From IMG/VR virus record IMGVR_UViG_3300036944_001324, positions 207,655-271,654 of that record: a stretch of DNA of 64,000 nucleotides; one strand, given 5' to 3'. The notes beneath the pieces were generated by a model. That model was not told the DNA's origin and searched no databases. It saw only the letters and a list, made by a program, of their open reading frames with translations. This document shows positions 37,616-47,445 of the stretch, piece after piece; position 1 is the first letter of the stretch; every line of letters starts with the position of its first letter. The position numbers and the translations under genes were made by a program.

Positions 37616-38164
37616 ATGAAAATACCTGGACTCAAACACTACCAGTTCGACCCTGAGGTCGTCTGTGCGTATTACTTCTCGGCAGCCGCTCACGCTTCCG
37701 TCAAGCAAAAGCGCAACTACACAGGCGAGCCTTACATCGTCCATCCAGCCGGCGTGCTGGAGATACTGATGCAGGCATGCCCTGACAAGGTCACTAACGC
37801 GGTCGCTAAGGCCGCTTTGTTGCACGATACAACAGAAGATACCGGGGTGACTCCTGAATTGATTCTGCAGCTGTTTGGTCAACAGGTGCATGGTTTCGTG
37901 AAGTACCTGAGCAAGGCTACTACTTCCAGCTTCGGCAATCGTGCCGAACGCCAAGCTGTTGAAGTGGCACGTATGCATAAGGCGCCTGAAGAAGTGCAGA
38001 ACGTCAAAGCCTCTGACCTCATCCACAACCGCCGCAGTATTGCGCTGCATGATCCAGGCTTCTTGCAAGTGTTCGACTACGAAGCTCACCAGTTGTTTGC
38101 TGCTATGCAGTTGGTGGATCGACGCTTGGTTGCACTGTGGGAGAAGGAAACATCCACCGAATAA
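37616..38164 (+). CDS. HD-domain hydrolase, RelA/SpoT hydrolase (small alarmone hydrolase/Mesh1)-like
   Basis: AHASVKQKR..GEPYIVHP, ALLHDTTEDT, VKASDLIHN. Confidence 0.85.
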   Translation: MKIPGLKHYQFDPEVVCAYYFSAAAHASVKQKRNYTGEPYIVHPAGVLEILMQACPDKVTNAVAKAALLHDTTEDTGVTPELILQLFGQQVHGFVKYLSKATTSSFGNRAERQAVEVARMHKAPEEVQNVKASDLIHNRRSIALHDPGFLQVFDYEAHQLFAAMQLVDRRLVALWEKETSTE

Positions 38165-38179
38165 CGGAGATACAAAACA

Positions 38180-38920
38180 ATGACTCATTCCCTCAAAGTA
38201 CGTTGGGCTATTGCTGCGGCTATCGCTAAGGCGACTCACATTCGCATAGACGACCAAAAGGAGTTGCGCATTACAAGCAACAGTTCCGACGGCACGAGCG
38301 TTACTGTCCAAGACCCCAATTACCCGGACAAGATCATCAAGATCGATCTGGATAATCGCAGTCTTGACAGTCTGAAGTTCTGGACTATGACTCCTGTCGT
38401 CATTCCTAATAACGAGCCGCTGGTGGCCTACTACGAGCTCCTATGTTTTAATCTGGCCGTCGGGTTCTCCGACAAGCAAGGTATCGTGGAGCTTAAGGAA
38501 TCTGTGTTTCAGGTTTGGGAAGACGACATCGAACTGCGCGGCATGCCCAAGAACGGTGCCAAGATACAGATGGCTTATCACGGCTTACCAGACAGTGTCT
38601 ACTCCGCCAGCCACCAGATGCGCGACATCTTGGATGATCCCAACTTCTTGAAGCACAACCAAGCCTACGTGCTGACCATCTGCGTGTTCACAGTAGCCCG
38701 TGCATTGCGTGAGCTGCTGCGTAACAAGGGCTTTAATCTTTCCAACCTCCATCCCGAGATGCCGCTCATCCTGGACATCCCCGCCGATTGGGAAGCCTGT
38801 CGCATCCACAACCTGTGGTGTGGGATCTCTGGTGCTGAGGAGAAAGTGGTCGAACGTGGTCAACTGTTCGAATCCAAAATGGAAAAAGTCGTGGAGGGGG
38901 TTGGGGGGAGGACTCTCTAA
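38180..38920 (+). CDS. hypothetical protein
   Basis: GGAG RBS; N-terminal AKATH domain. Confidence 0.7.
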   Translation: MTHSLKVRWAIAAAIAKATHIRIDDQKELRITSNSSDGTSVTVQDPNYPDKIIKIDLDNRSLDSLKFWTMTPVVIPNNEPLVAYYELLCFNLAVGFSDKQGIVELKESVFQVWEDDIELRGMPKNGAKIQMAYHGLPDSVYSASHQMRDILDDPNFLKHNQAYVLTICVFTVARALRELLRNKGFNLSNLHPEMPLILDIPADWEACRIHNLWCGISGAEEKVVERGQLFESKMEKVVEGVGGRTL

Positions 38921-39674
38921 CGCTTCGCTAGTAACTGTCGCTTTTACGTTACCACGTAAAAGCTCTTTCAATCTCTTAGATTTCTAATTGAGTTATGAAC
39001 GTTAGTTCATGATTCTCTTAGGAACTTTGAGGTATCTACTCAGGGGTTCCTATACCCCTGAGAGTTCGTATAAGGCCTTATAAAGCCGACATAAAAGCAG
39101 GAGGGTACACTGACCCTCCTGCTGTAGGTAATAACGCCTTATACGAGCTTTACAGTAGAGACTCGTAGACGAAGTCTACAGTCTCATATCCAGCATGGAC
39201 AAAAATGTCCATGCTCTCTTTATATCTTATGCGCAAGTCGTCGAGCTTTTTCGGCGACTGAGAGAGTACACGGAACATGGACAGCCCGCAGGGATGGACA
39301 GTGGAGAGTACGAACGAAGGAGCATACCAGGGAGAGAGCGTAAGCGATCACACTGAGATACTTCGCCGGGTAGCTACGTATCTCAGATAAGGGGCGTTAG
39401 CCCCTTTTTTATTCTTATTCTTATTCTCCATATGATTGTTTACTTAGTAAACCTAATTAGACATTCGGTGGAGAATAATATCTATCCAGCGTTGGAGAGC
39501 TTATAAACGCTGTTACAATGACCCTTGTTTACAAGAGAATGACTATTGGATCGACATTAAGTCGACAGATCGAGCAGGTGTGCTACGTTACACCTGCGCT
39601 GTAACCCTAGCCTAAGAGCTTGGAGAGCAGTAGATCAAAAAAGTTCTTATGTTCAACAAACGAGAGAGTCAAAC
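38921..39674. other. ORF-free multi-hairpin region (candidate replication origin / packaging or ncRNA locus)
   Basis: at least 10 inverted repeats in 750 bp; no ORF of 60 aa or more inside. Confidence 0.6.
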
Positions 39675-40349
39675 ATGACAAACAACCAACACGCCAACGC
39701 TGAGAAGATTGAAGTTCAAATTCAAGGTATTTATTTCATAGCGGGCTTGATCAAAGATCAGTGCCAGAAGCTGTACATGCAAGACCCTCAGGTGTTCTTG
39801 GATGACATGCCCACTACGTTCAGCGTATTGGATCTCCTGCAGACCGCTATGGATTCAGTGAGTAACAACCTGGATAGGTACTTCGGTCCTTATGCGGCGT
39901 TTAACGAGCCTCAGCTGACTGATATCGTTTTGGAAACAACTGAAGCGGTTAACCGCTGCCGCGCTGCGTTCATTGTGGACGAATACCCTGTGGACATGCT
40001 GGAGTACCGTGAAACGATGTTGTACAAGCTGCCGCACGTGTACGCTGGTTTGATAGGGTATGCTGAGCAGCTCAAGTACATGCTCGAAGCTGGTAAGGAT
40101 CGGGGTCGTATTAGTCCTCGCAGTGTTTCTCGTGTAGTGTTCGATTTTTATCTGGATGCTATCTTCGAGAAGATCAAGACCAACACCCATGTGTTCATGC
40201 ATGGTCGTTGGTGGAAGATTGAGAAGTGCGAGATCGATCCTACCGATCGTAGCTTGTTTGAGTTGCATCTGGACTTCGATCCTTTGAAGAAGGTTGTGAG
40301 TTCTGCTCATAGCTTGCCTTTGATCTATAAGGCTGCTTTCAAGCGTTAA
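39675..40349 (+). CDS. hypothetical protein
   Basis: 224-aa ORF; C-terminal NTH..WWKI domain. Confidence 0.7.
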   Translation: MTNNQHANAEKIEVQIQGIYFIAGLIKDQCQKLYMQDPQVFLDDMPTTFSVLDLLQTAMDSVSNNLDRYFGPYAAFNEPQLTDIVLETTEAVNRCRAAFIVDEYPVDMLEYRETMLYKLPHVYAGLIGYAEQLKYMLEAGKDRGRISPRSVSRVVFDFYLDAIFEKIKTNTHVFMHGRWWKIEKCEIDPTDRSLFELHLDFDPLKKVVSSAHSLPLIYKAAFKR

Positions 40350-40355
40350 ACTGGT

Positions 40356-40395
40356 AGCCCTAGGGAGTTGGCGCTCCCTAGGGCTTTTATGCCGT
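40356..40395 (+). terminator. hairpin terminator
   Basis: AGCCCTAGGGAG...CTCCCTAGGGCT TTTATGCCG. Confidence 0.8.
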
Positions 40396-40468
40396 CTACG
40401 GGGCTTTTAGAGGCCTTGTAGGTATGTATGTGAGTGTTATTTTTAAATTGTAAAAAGGAAATGAAATC

Positions 40469-41680
40469 ATGAGCGCACATATGCAAATCGCTGAACTTCA
40501 TATGCTGGGTCTTTACCTGAAGGTAGTGCGAGACCGGATTGATGCTTCTGCGTCTTCAGATCAACTCTTCCATCCTAAAGCGGAGCTGTATATCCGTAAC
40601 ACGATGATCTTGCTTCACGAGGTTGGTTACAAGAGACTGTTTGACTGGATGAACGACGACGATAAACAGATCGTTGTTCAAACAGCAAAAGAGTTGGAGT
40701 TGTGGTTCGATCCATCAACGGATAAGAAACTCAGGCACGTTTGGTTCAAACTCACGATGACTGCATGCTTGACTTACATAAAGGACAAAATCGAGACTTA
40801 CCTGGAAGATCTGATACGTTCAACTGTGTTCTTCGGTAATCGACACGTTGCTGAAGAAGCACAAGAAGTGAAAGAACCTTCTATCGAAGAAAAGGTAGCT
40901 GAGTTCCTCGAACAAGCTCAGGACCACAAGTACCTTGTTCTGAAACACAACAACTCCACACAGGTCTATGAAATCGACCATGTGTGTAGAACCATGGACG
41001 GCGGCCAACCCAGTGTTATAGCTGTGCGTAGTGTTGAAAGTGATGGGAAAACAGCTAACGCAATTACTTTCTTTATAGCGGCTGTGTTGCTTGGCTCTTA
41101 TGAGATCAGCTTTTTGGACTCACTACCGTCAGGCAAGATCGATGGTGAAGCATTGAGCAAATCAATCACTTCACTGGGTAAAACGTGGGATGATGCAAAA
41201 ACGACATCTTTCATGGAGGAACTCAAACACGCCATGTACGTTGAGATGCCGAGTTCGGACGGGCTTCGTTTGGTCTGGAAGAAAATACGCCAAATTGAAG
41301 GTATTGAGAAAGGCGTTCGTGCGACTGTTATTCACCTGTCGTCATTTGACCCGTTGGATACACACGTGGATGCTTATCCACTGATTAGTCTTCCTGTTCC
41401 AAAGCTGCGGTTAAAAAGGCACGCACCTGTTGACGAAGACATTCTCAAAAAGTGGAGTGAGTTTATTGGCGACATTACACGAACCAGCGATAACAACGCG
41501 TTGGTGAGCGTGTACAAACCTACCGCTCAGCGCTTTCTGCATATAGTGGATGTATCGCATCCTGACGCGGTAAACGAGCGTTCTCTTGGAATACTTGATC
41601 CAATCACCAAAACATCACTTGTGTGTAGTTTGTCTGATCTCATCTTGTCTGGGTGGGTCTTACCAGTGGAGCCCAAGTAA
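40469..41680 (+). CDS. multi-domain hypothetical protein
   Basis: 403-aa ORF, AAGGA RBS. Confidence 0.7.
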   Translation: MSAHMQIAELHMLGLYLKVVRDRIDASASSDQLFHPKAELYIRNTMILLHEVGYKRLFDWMNDDDKQIVVQTAKELELWFDPSTDKKLRHVWFKLTMTACLTYIKDKIETYLEDLIRSTVFFGNRHVAEEAQEVKEPSIEEKVAEFLEQAQDHKYLVLKHNNSTQVYEIDHVCRTMDGGQPSVIAVRSVESDGKTANAITFFIAAVLLGSYEISFLDSLPSGKIDGEALSKSITSLGKTWDDAKTTSFMEELKHAMYVEMPSSDGLRLVWKKIRQIEGIEKGVRATVIHLSSFDPLDTHVDAYPLISLPVPKLRLKRHAPVDEDILKKWSEFIGDITRTSDNNALVSVYKPTAQRFLHIVDVSHPDAVNERSLGILDPITKTSLVCSLSDLILSGWVLPVEPK

Positions 41681-41787
41681 ATGAAAGCTAGTCACATGCG
41701 TAGAGTTCTTTTATGTACGTGACTAGCTTATTTCACAGTTCAAAAACAATCGTTTGCTATCCCAAACAATCCGTTAAGGAATCCATC

Positions 41788-42747
41788 ATGGAAAACATCA
41801 ACTTCCCCGCTCTTCGTTCTTTTCTGCTAGCTCTCATCGAGTTGACGTTTTTGCCTTCCAAACGTACAGACTTGATTTTTGAAGCACGCCGGATGCGTGA
41901 AATGCTCGGTGACATGATCAACAAGCTGACGCCACAACCCACACAACAAGAGCTGGACAAACGCATCGATGCATTGCGTAAAGTCGCTAAAGACTCATCG
42001 CATTACAGTACCGACGGAAACCTGGTACTGAAAATCATGTTGGTCACCGAAACCGGCATTACGGTGCGTGCTAACCCAGTTAGCACAGAACAGACCATCG
42101 ACTACAAAGACATGGACATCGCAACTACCAAGTTCTACAAGACCAACATGGTGGAAGTAACGTTCAACGACATGACCATCCAACCTAACCAGGAAGGTCC
42201 TTCAGCGATTGATCAATTGCGCGGACTTGCTGAAACGCAGTTCGATCCTGTCCAAGCCAGGAAAGTTGAGTTGCCTCAGGCATGCGAACTTCTCACAGAC
42301 AAAAAGCTAGCCATGCTCGACCAGTTGTCTGCTACCGTGTCGGACTCGAAATTAATCTCGCTGGTAGAAGAGACCACAGACCAAACAAAGATGGTGGACG
42401 TCGCTAGCCTCGCTCTTTATGTCGACAACGGCCTTGGCGCGCTGTTGAATGCAATTGGTTTGGAAGTTCACATTCCAGTCACTGACGGCCTTTCGTCTGA
42501 ACAACTGCTCGTCACAATTGAAAATGCAATACCAAATCCGGTTGCAGTGTATAACAATCCTGACGCGGTGAAAGTTCGCGCTCGCCTGATACGGCTGTTC
42601 TTGGCTATCAACCCGCTCATCAATTCCGTTAGCAAAAGCAATTCCAAACTCACTTTGTCAGCGTACAGTGAAATGGTCTCTAAGACCCTCGCAGCGCTTG
42701 CTGGGTTGCGCAAGGAACTCGTGACCGAGTACAACAACAAAACGTAA
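41788..42747 (+). CDS. hypothetical protein
   Basis: TAAGGA RBS. Confidence 0.7.
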   Translation: MENINFPALRSFLLALIELTFLPSKRTDLIFEARRMREMLGDMINKLTPQPTQQELDKRIDALRKVAKDSSHYSTDGNLVLKIMLVTETGITVRANPVSTEQTIDYKDMDIATTKFYKTNMVEVTFNDMTIQPNQEGPSAIDQLRGLAETQFDPVQARKVELPQACELLTDKKLAMLDQLSATVSDSKLISLVEETTDQTKMVDVASLALYVDNGLGALLNAIGLEVHIPVTDGLSSEQLLVTIENAIPNPVAVYNNPDAVKVRARLIRLFLAINPLINSVSKSNSKLTLSAYSEMVSKTLAALAGLRKELVTEYNNKT

Positions 42748-42758
42748 ATCAACAAGAC

Positions 42759-42799
42759 GGCATAACGGAGAGGGGTTGCACCCTCTCCGTTTCTATGCA
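42759..42799 (+). terminator. hairpin terminator, CATA...TATG class
   Basis: GGCATA ACGGAGAGGG...CCCTCTCCGT TTCTATGC. Confidence 0.8.
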
Positions 42800-42810
42800 T
42801 GATTTATTTT

Positions 42811-42830
42811 TTTATGATGATATATAATGA
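42811..42830 (+). promoter_or_regulatory. putative early (virion-RNAP-type) promoter
   Basis: T-tract followed by TGATATAT, like motifs at 4841, 8549, 10088, 11931. Confidence 0.45.
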
Positions 42831-42933
42831 CTAGGTAAGAGACCAAGATCGCATGGCGTTTCTTGGTCATTTATGGCGGTTGTTTAAACACTACTACTAT
42901 CATAGTAGACCATTTAGTAAAGAGATTCAGATC

Positions 42934-43323
42934 ATGAACACATCCACTCGTAACCTACTTCTGAGCGATGCCCAGCGTGAGATCATGCGACCCATGTCGC
43001 TCAGCATCAGCCAGGCGCTGCTTGTTGGTCAGTTGTACGGTACTGCTGCTTGCCTCTTCTGGCAGGCAGTTGACGTCGTCATTCTTGAACGTGATGAAGA
43101 AGGACCTGTTCCAGAGGGCTGGGAAGACTACTACCAAGACTGCCTTGACTTGGTGGAGAGCTACAAGATCCTCAACATCCCTCAACTTGAGATCGTCTGG
43201 AAGATGCTTCTGCGCGCGCGCGGTATGAGTGGCCCTGATTTGGTCGTCATGCTCTCTACGCTGGAATTGCACCATTCCGCCCAGCGAACCCGTCAAAACG
43301 CTGGGCAGTTTACCCAAGGGTAA
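42934..43323 (+). CDS. hypothetical protein
   Basis: ATG 42934. Confidence 0.65.
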   Translation: MNTSTRNLLLSDAQREIMRPMSLSISQALLVGQLYGTAACLFWQAVDVVILERDEEGPVPEGWEDYYQDCLDLVESYKILNIPQLEIVWKMLLRARGMSGPDLVVMLSTLELHHSAQRTRQNAGQFTQG

Positions 43324-43406
43324 ACCACTTCACTAAACAAGTCGTTAGAGACAATCTAAGTCTCAACGATAACACAACACACTTACACTTTTCAATAGGT
43401 CTAAAA

Positions 43407-44171
43407 ATGAAATCGATTCGTTTTCTTTTGATCGCAGTTGTTGCTTTGCTGGTCGCTTGCGATGGTGGTTCTTTGTACAACGTACCATCCCTGAACAACT
43501 TCGACTTCAAGTACATGTCGGAATTCGCACAACCCTACAGCGCACTTGACAACGGTAAGCCACTGATTCTGCACAGTCGGTTTATTTGGACCGGTGAGCA
43601 CGGTGAAATCATGCCTGAAGAGCAGCATGCCGTACTTGCTTTCACGCAGCAAGCTGCTAGTGGTTGGAAGAACAACTACGGTGAGACGCTCTGGAGCCAC
43701 GGGGCGGGTGCTTTCGTGGGTGAACAAGGTCTGGAGATGGAACTGTGGTTTCGTGAGGACAAGAACGGTAACGGCTTCGAAGATGATGCCGCTAACGCCT
43801 ACGTGTGGAACCAACGTGAAGGCCGCTGTGCTCGCGATGTTGCTGGCGAACTCAAGGACGGTGTGAGATGCCTTGATGACAAAAGCAATCCAGACGGTTT
43901 TATCACCAGCGCTCCTGACTTTGTCCTGCGAAAAGGCGTGCCTTACATTCTGCGCATCGAACTGCAACCCGGTAACAACGGTCGCATGTCCTTGACTGCC
44001 GAGTTGTACACGTCTTCTCCCATGGGTGGTTTCGATTTGGTGCAGCGTGGTCTGGTGTGGTTTAACCGCGCCGATCATTTCCCAGTCCCTCAACAAAACC
44101 TGTCAGCCTCTGTAGCCAGAACCCCTGGTGAAGTTGGTGAATCAGTCGTTGAATTCATGATGTTCAACTAA
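43407..44171 (+). CDS. lipoprotein of unknown function
   Basis: MKSIRF...LLVAC lipobox. Confidence 0.75.
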   Translation: MKSIRFLLIAVVALLVACDGGSLYNVPSLNNFDFKYMSEFAQPYSALDNGKPLILHSRFIWTGEHGEIMPEEQHAVLAFTQQAASGWKNNYGETLWSHGAGAFVGEQGLEMELWFREDKNGNGFEDDAANAYVWNQREGRCARDVAGELKDGVRCLDDKSNPDGFITSAPDFVLRKGVPYILRIELQPGNNGRMSLTAELYTSSPMGGFDLVQRGLVWFNRADHFPVPQQNLSASVARTPGEVGESVVEFMMFN

Positions 44172-44185
44172 TTGGTAAAAAGAAA

Positions 44186-44584
44186 ATGTCTATCAAACCA
44201 GTCACGTTGCCAGAGCTTTTGTTGGTTCCGGTCGGCATTTACCACATCACCACCCCTGTGAAGTTTCTCTGGTTTTTTACCAGAGTGATTGATCAAGGGT
44301 GGGTTGATGTGAGAGTTGATGAAAGTGGAGAACGGGGTTTTCTGTGGACATCAAACAAAGACTACCATTGGCGGTTCGGTAATGAACCGGCCAAGAGCAT
44401 CACCATCAAAACCAATGGAAGAGTAGTCTGCTACATGGAAAGTGCGATCTCCATGTGGATTAAATGGGGATATGGAAAAGGTGGTGAAGAGGAACTAAAA
44501 CGAGCCAACCATTTCGCACAGTGGCTGGCTTATCACCTTACAAAGAAAGCCAAAGATGATACAGGGAAATACGAAGATAATTGA
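44186..44584 (+). CDS. hypothetical protein
   Basis: 132-aa ORF. Confidence 0.6.
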   Translation: MSIKPVTLPELLLVPVGIYHITTPVKFLWFFTRVIDQGWVDVRVDESGERGFLWTSNKDYHWRFGNEPAKSITIKTNGRVVCYMESAISMWIKWGYGKGGEEELKRANHFAQWLAYHLTKKAKDDTGKYEDN

Positions 44585-45014
44585 TAACATCCTGGAATTC
44601 AAAGACTGCCCCGTTCTTTGCGTTGTTGACAGCATACCTGGTGATTTCCCTAATCGCCAGCGTGTTGAATTATCACCAGCTGAGAGACCACTTGTGTTGG
44701 CCGGTGCTTACAACAGCAACTTCCCTCCTGGTGGGGTACTACCTGATCACCGGGTTGTGTCTACGACTTTTGTAGACACGATAACGGGTGTCATCACGAT
44801 CCCGGCCGACGCTGGTACAGAGATGAGGGCGAGTATTCACATGGGGCCTAACGAGGTCGTCATGAACTACATCAACGTTGATGGTGAAAAGATCGCTCTT
44901 GTACAGCGTCATTTCACCGGTGAGTCTTTTCCCGTTATAGGCCGCAAGTCCAAGCGAAAAGATACACCTGCTCAACAAAACTACCTCAACTTGCGTAAGG
45001 GTTGGAATCGGTGA
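44556..45014 (+). CDS. hypothetical protein
   Basis: ends QQNYLNLRKGWNR. Confidence 0.6.
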   Translation: MIQGNTKIIDNILEFKDCPVLCVVDSIPGDFPNRQRVELSPAERPLVLAGAYNSNFPPGGVLPDHRVVSTTFVDTITGVITIPADAGTEMRASIHMGPNEVVMNYINVDGEKIALVQRHFTGESFPVIGRKSKRKDTPAQQNYLNLRKGWNR

Positions 45015-45217
45015 ATGTCTCAACTACAAATTTTGATGTTTCGACTGGCGGGGTCTACGTCAGTACTGCTGTAGTTACCATCAGTGACAAAAGCTTGGCA
45101 TCAGTCACTAACTACACCCCACCCCCTGAAAGCATTGTCAAAGCTGAGCTGCGTGAAAAACGCAGGCTTCTGAGCAATCAGGCATACCTTCAACTGCGTA
45201 ACCGGCGTGGCCGGTGA
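45011..45217 (+). CDS. small hypothetical protein
   Basis: GTGA coupling; ends NQAYLQLRNRRGR. Confidence 0.55.
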   Translation: MNVSTTNFDVSTGGVYVSTAVVTISDKSLASVTNYTPPPESIVKAELREKRRLLSNQAYLQLRNRRGR

Positions 45218-45228
45218 TAGGAATAAAC

Positions 45229-45549
45229 ATGGAAAACGAAGACGATGTTGGACTATCTCAACCACCGCGTGTCATGATTGTCGATGGCGGCTCTCGTCAT
45301 CGTTCAACCATGGATGATCTCACCCGTGCTTTGAGGGATAGTGAAAATGGTATTACCATAGTCACGGGGTCGGACACTGATAGAAGAACTCTCAGCGATG
45401 GTTTGCGTAGGTCTTTGACTCGTTCTATCTTGCTGACTGGGCTGCATGTAACGGCTACTGTCATGGCAAGCACCGGAAACAAGGTCTTATCTGACCAGGG
45501 CAACAAGCCGTACTACCGGCAATTTGAGAAGAAGGGACGAAAGAAATGA
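45229..45549 (+). CDS. hypothetical protein
   Basis: AGGA RBS; ends KPYYRQFEKKGRKK. Confidence 0.6.
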   Translation: MENEDDVGLSQPPRVMIVDGGSRHRSTMDDLTRALRDSENGITIVTGSDTDRRTLSDGLRRSLTRSILLTGLHVTATVMASTGNKVLSDQGNKPYYRQFEKKGRKK

Positions 45550-45974
45550 ACATCACGTTCACCGCCACGACTCAGAGTTCGGAAGTAAGCCTGGCTTTGG
45601 CTAAGTTGATTACCAATTCTCCTGAAAAGACACTGGATGAGATTATCTCGGATCTGATCCTTGGCGCTGCTTCCACTGTCAAACGCGTTCCAGATAAAGA
45701 CGAGCTGTTGCCAGATGTGATCGCGGTCACCGAGTTCATATTGGAAAACATCAGACCGACCAACAACACTCGTATTGATGACTGGGTCGACACCTGTTAC
45801 AAACGCGGTGTTGTTACCAAGAATTACAAAGACGATAGCTTTTCGATGAGACGCCTCGTTGAATGGATCATAGACGAACTCGCAATTCGAACAAATGGTC
45901 TCATTACCAAAAACGATGTATTTGCTTCAAAAGGCTACGTCACAGTGAGCTACAAGTACAAACCAGGAAAATAG
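45546..45974 (+). CDS. hypothetical protein
   Basis: ATGA coupling. Confidence 0.65.
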   Translation: MNITFTATTQSSEVSLALAKLITNSPEKTLDEIISDLILGAASTVKRVPDKDELLPDVIAVTEFILENIRPTNNTRIDDWVDTCYKRGVVTKNYKDDSFSMRRLVEWIIDELAIRTNGLITKNDVFASKGYVTVSYKYKPGK

Positions 45975-45982
45975 TCACTACT

Positions 45983-46771
45983 ATGCCCAATAAATCCAAT
46001 CCGCCCAGACGCAAGATCAAAAAAGCCACCCGTCACATGGCCTACCTCTCTGGTTTGCCATTGAACAGCTGGCGTCAAGCCCTCAAGTCGAAAGCAGCGT
46101 TGCGTAACATCGACAAGATGCTTAAAGCGAATGCTTTCTATCCGGTCGGGATCGAGGGTACCTCCAGAGATCTACCGATGACGATGACTCTCGAAGTTCA
46201 ATACGAAGGACCCGTCGAGAATGCAACGAAGCCTGTTGCTTATTCCGGTCTCGTGAATTTGGATGATGTTCCACGCATGAAACCGATGACCCCGGAAAAG
46301 TTCCGGGAAATGTTCGGCAGCCTGAAGGCCATACTCGCAAACGCCCCTACCGGGATCATAGGTCTTGATCAACCCAAGCAAGATCTTCCGGATTACGATA
46401 ACGACGAGTTCAAAACCCCCAAAGAAGAGGATCTCAAAGAACTGATGAAACGTACCAGCGAATTTGCAAAAAAGCATCAGATTTCAACGATCCTCACAAC
46501 ACCAGGTCGTCGTGATGAATCCATATCGCGATTCCTTACCGATTGGATTTCTGCTGGGGTGACCCACAATCCTGAGCTCCTTTTCAACGATCGCCCTTTA
46601 ATTGTTCAACAGACGAAGAAACGCGCTGAAGGACCGATGGTATTTGGCGATCCACAGTACATCTACCAAATTCCTACCTCACTGAAAGATCTCACTGATG
46701 AACAACCAGGACCAACTGAACCACCTCCAGGAATTGATCCAGTTCCTGGAGATCCAGAACAAGGGACTTAG
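45983..46771 (+). CDS. hypothetical protein
   Basis: basic N-terminus; Pro-rich tail overlapping next gene. Confidence 0.65.
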   Translation: MPNKSNPPRRKIKKATRHMAYLSGLPLNSWRQALKSKAALRNIDKMLKANAFYPVGIEGTSRDLPMTMTLEVQYEGPVENATKPVAYSGLVNLDDVPRMKPMTPEKFREMFGSLKAILANAPTGIIGLDQPKQDLPDYDNDEFKTPKEEDLKELMKRTSEFAKKHQISTILTTPGRRDESISRFLTDWISAGVTHNPELLFNDRPLIVQQTKKRAEGPMVFGDPQYIYQIPTSLKDLTDEQPGPTEPPPGIDPVPGDPEQGT

Positions 46772-47081
46772 TCACTGGGCGAAGCATCGCAACACGGCGT
46801 GGTTGACAACAACCATCGATCGTCTGAAAGCACACGCTCACTCAACTGTTGGTGTTGAACCTCTGAAATCCACCATCGCATTTCAGAACGAGTTTCGTTC
46901 TTTCTTGGTCACGTGGTTAAAGCGTGTCCAGGCTAACACTTCGAAACAGACCAATGCTGGTCTGGATAACGAAGTTCACAACCAGCAAAAAATCATCGCT
47001 GGTGTCTATCTGCGTCAGCTCATCCGCGTCCACAAAGAGCTCATCGAAGCCTTAGACAACAAACCACAGAAAGAGAACTAA
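46698..47081 (+). CDS. hypothetical protein
   Basis: amphipathic helical ORF; 74-nt overlap with upstream gene. Confidence 0.6.
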   Translation: MNNQDQLNHLQELIQFLEIQNKGLSHWAKHRNTAWLTTTIDRLKAHAHSTVGVEPLKSTIAFQNEFRSFLVTWLKRVQANTSKQTNAGLDNEVHNQQKIIAGVYLRQLIRVHKELIEALDNKPQKEN

Positions 47082-47435
47082 ATGCGCAAAATTACTCCGA
47101 CACGCAAGAACATCAAACGCATGACGCGTCGTCTGGCTGGTCGAGCACACATCCAAATCAGTGCAGCCCGGCAAGTCTTTCGTTCTAAAGCAACCCTTCT
47201 GCGCAATTTGGAGCTCGTTCGTGACGCTTGGAAGATCTGTCCAGAAGACGGCACCAACAAGGACCAACCCCACGAACGACTGTCGGTTGGGAACGACGTG
47301 TATGTCGTCTACCGCTACGGTGAACCTGTCTTCACTTGGACGGAAGCCCACTCTATCGGTCGCTTTGGCGACATTAAACAATGGGCTGGCGCGCTGCTGG
47401 AAACCCAAATTGACCCAACTCACCGACTCAACTGA
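47082..47435 (+). CDS. basic hypothetical protein
   Basis: ATG immediately after upstream stop. Confidence 0.65.
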   Translation: MRKITPTRKNIKRMTRRLAGRAHIQISAARQVFRSKATLLRNLELVRDAWKICPEDGTNKDQPHERLSVGNDVYVVYRYGEPVFTWTEAHSIGRFGDIKQWAGALLETQIDPTHRLN

Positions 47436-47445
47436 AAAGAAAATC

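Noticed and set aside
38866-38875. tRNA T-loop-like GTTCGAATCC
   Set aside because: Inside CDS 38180..38920 with no acceptor or D/anticodon stems. No tRNA recognised anywhere in the window.
38921-39674. CRISPR or mini-CRISPR array
   Set aside because: The hairpins have different sequences; no recurring direct repeat with regular spacers.
46698-46771. 74-nt dual-coding overlap as a designed overprinted gene
   Set aside because: The upstream frame reads as a low-complexity Pro/Gly tail while the downstream frame has normal codons; most likely loss of an earlier stop.
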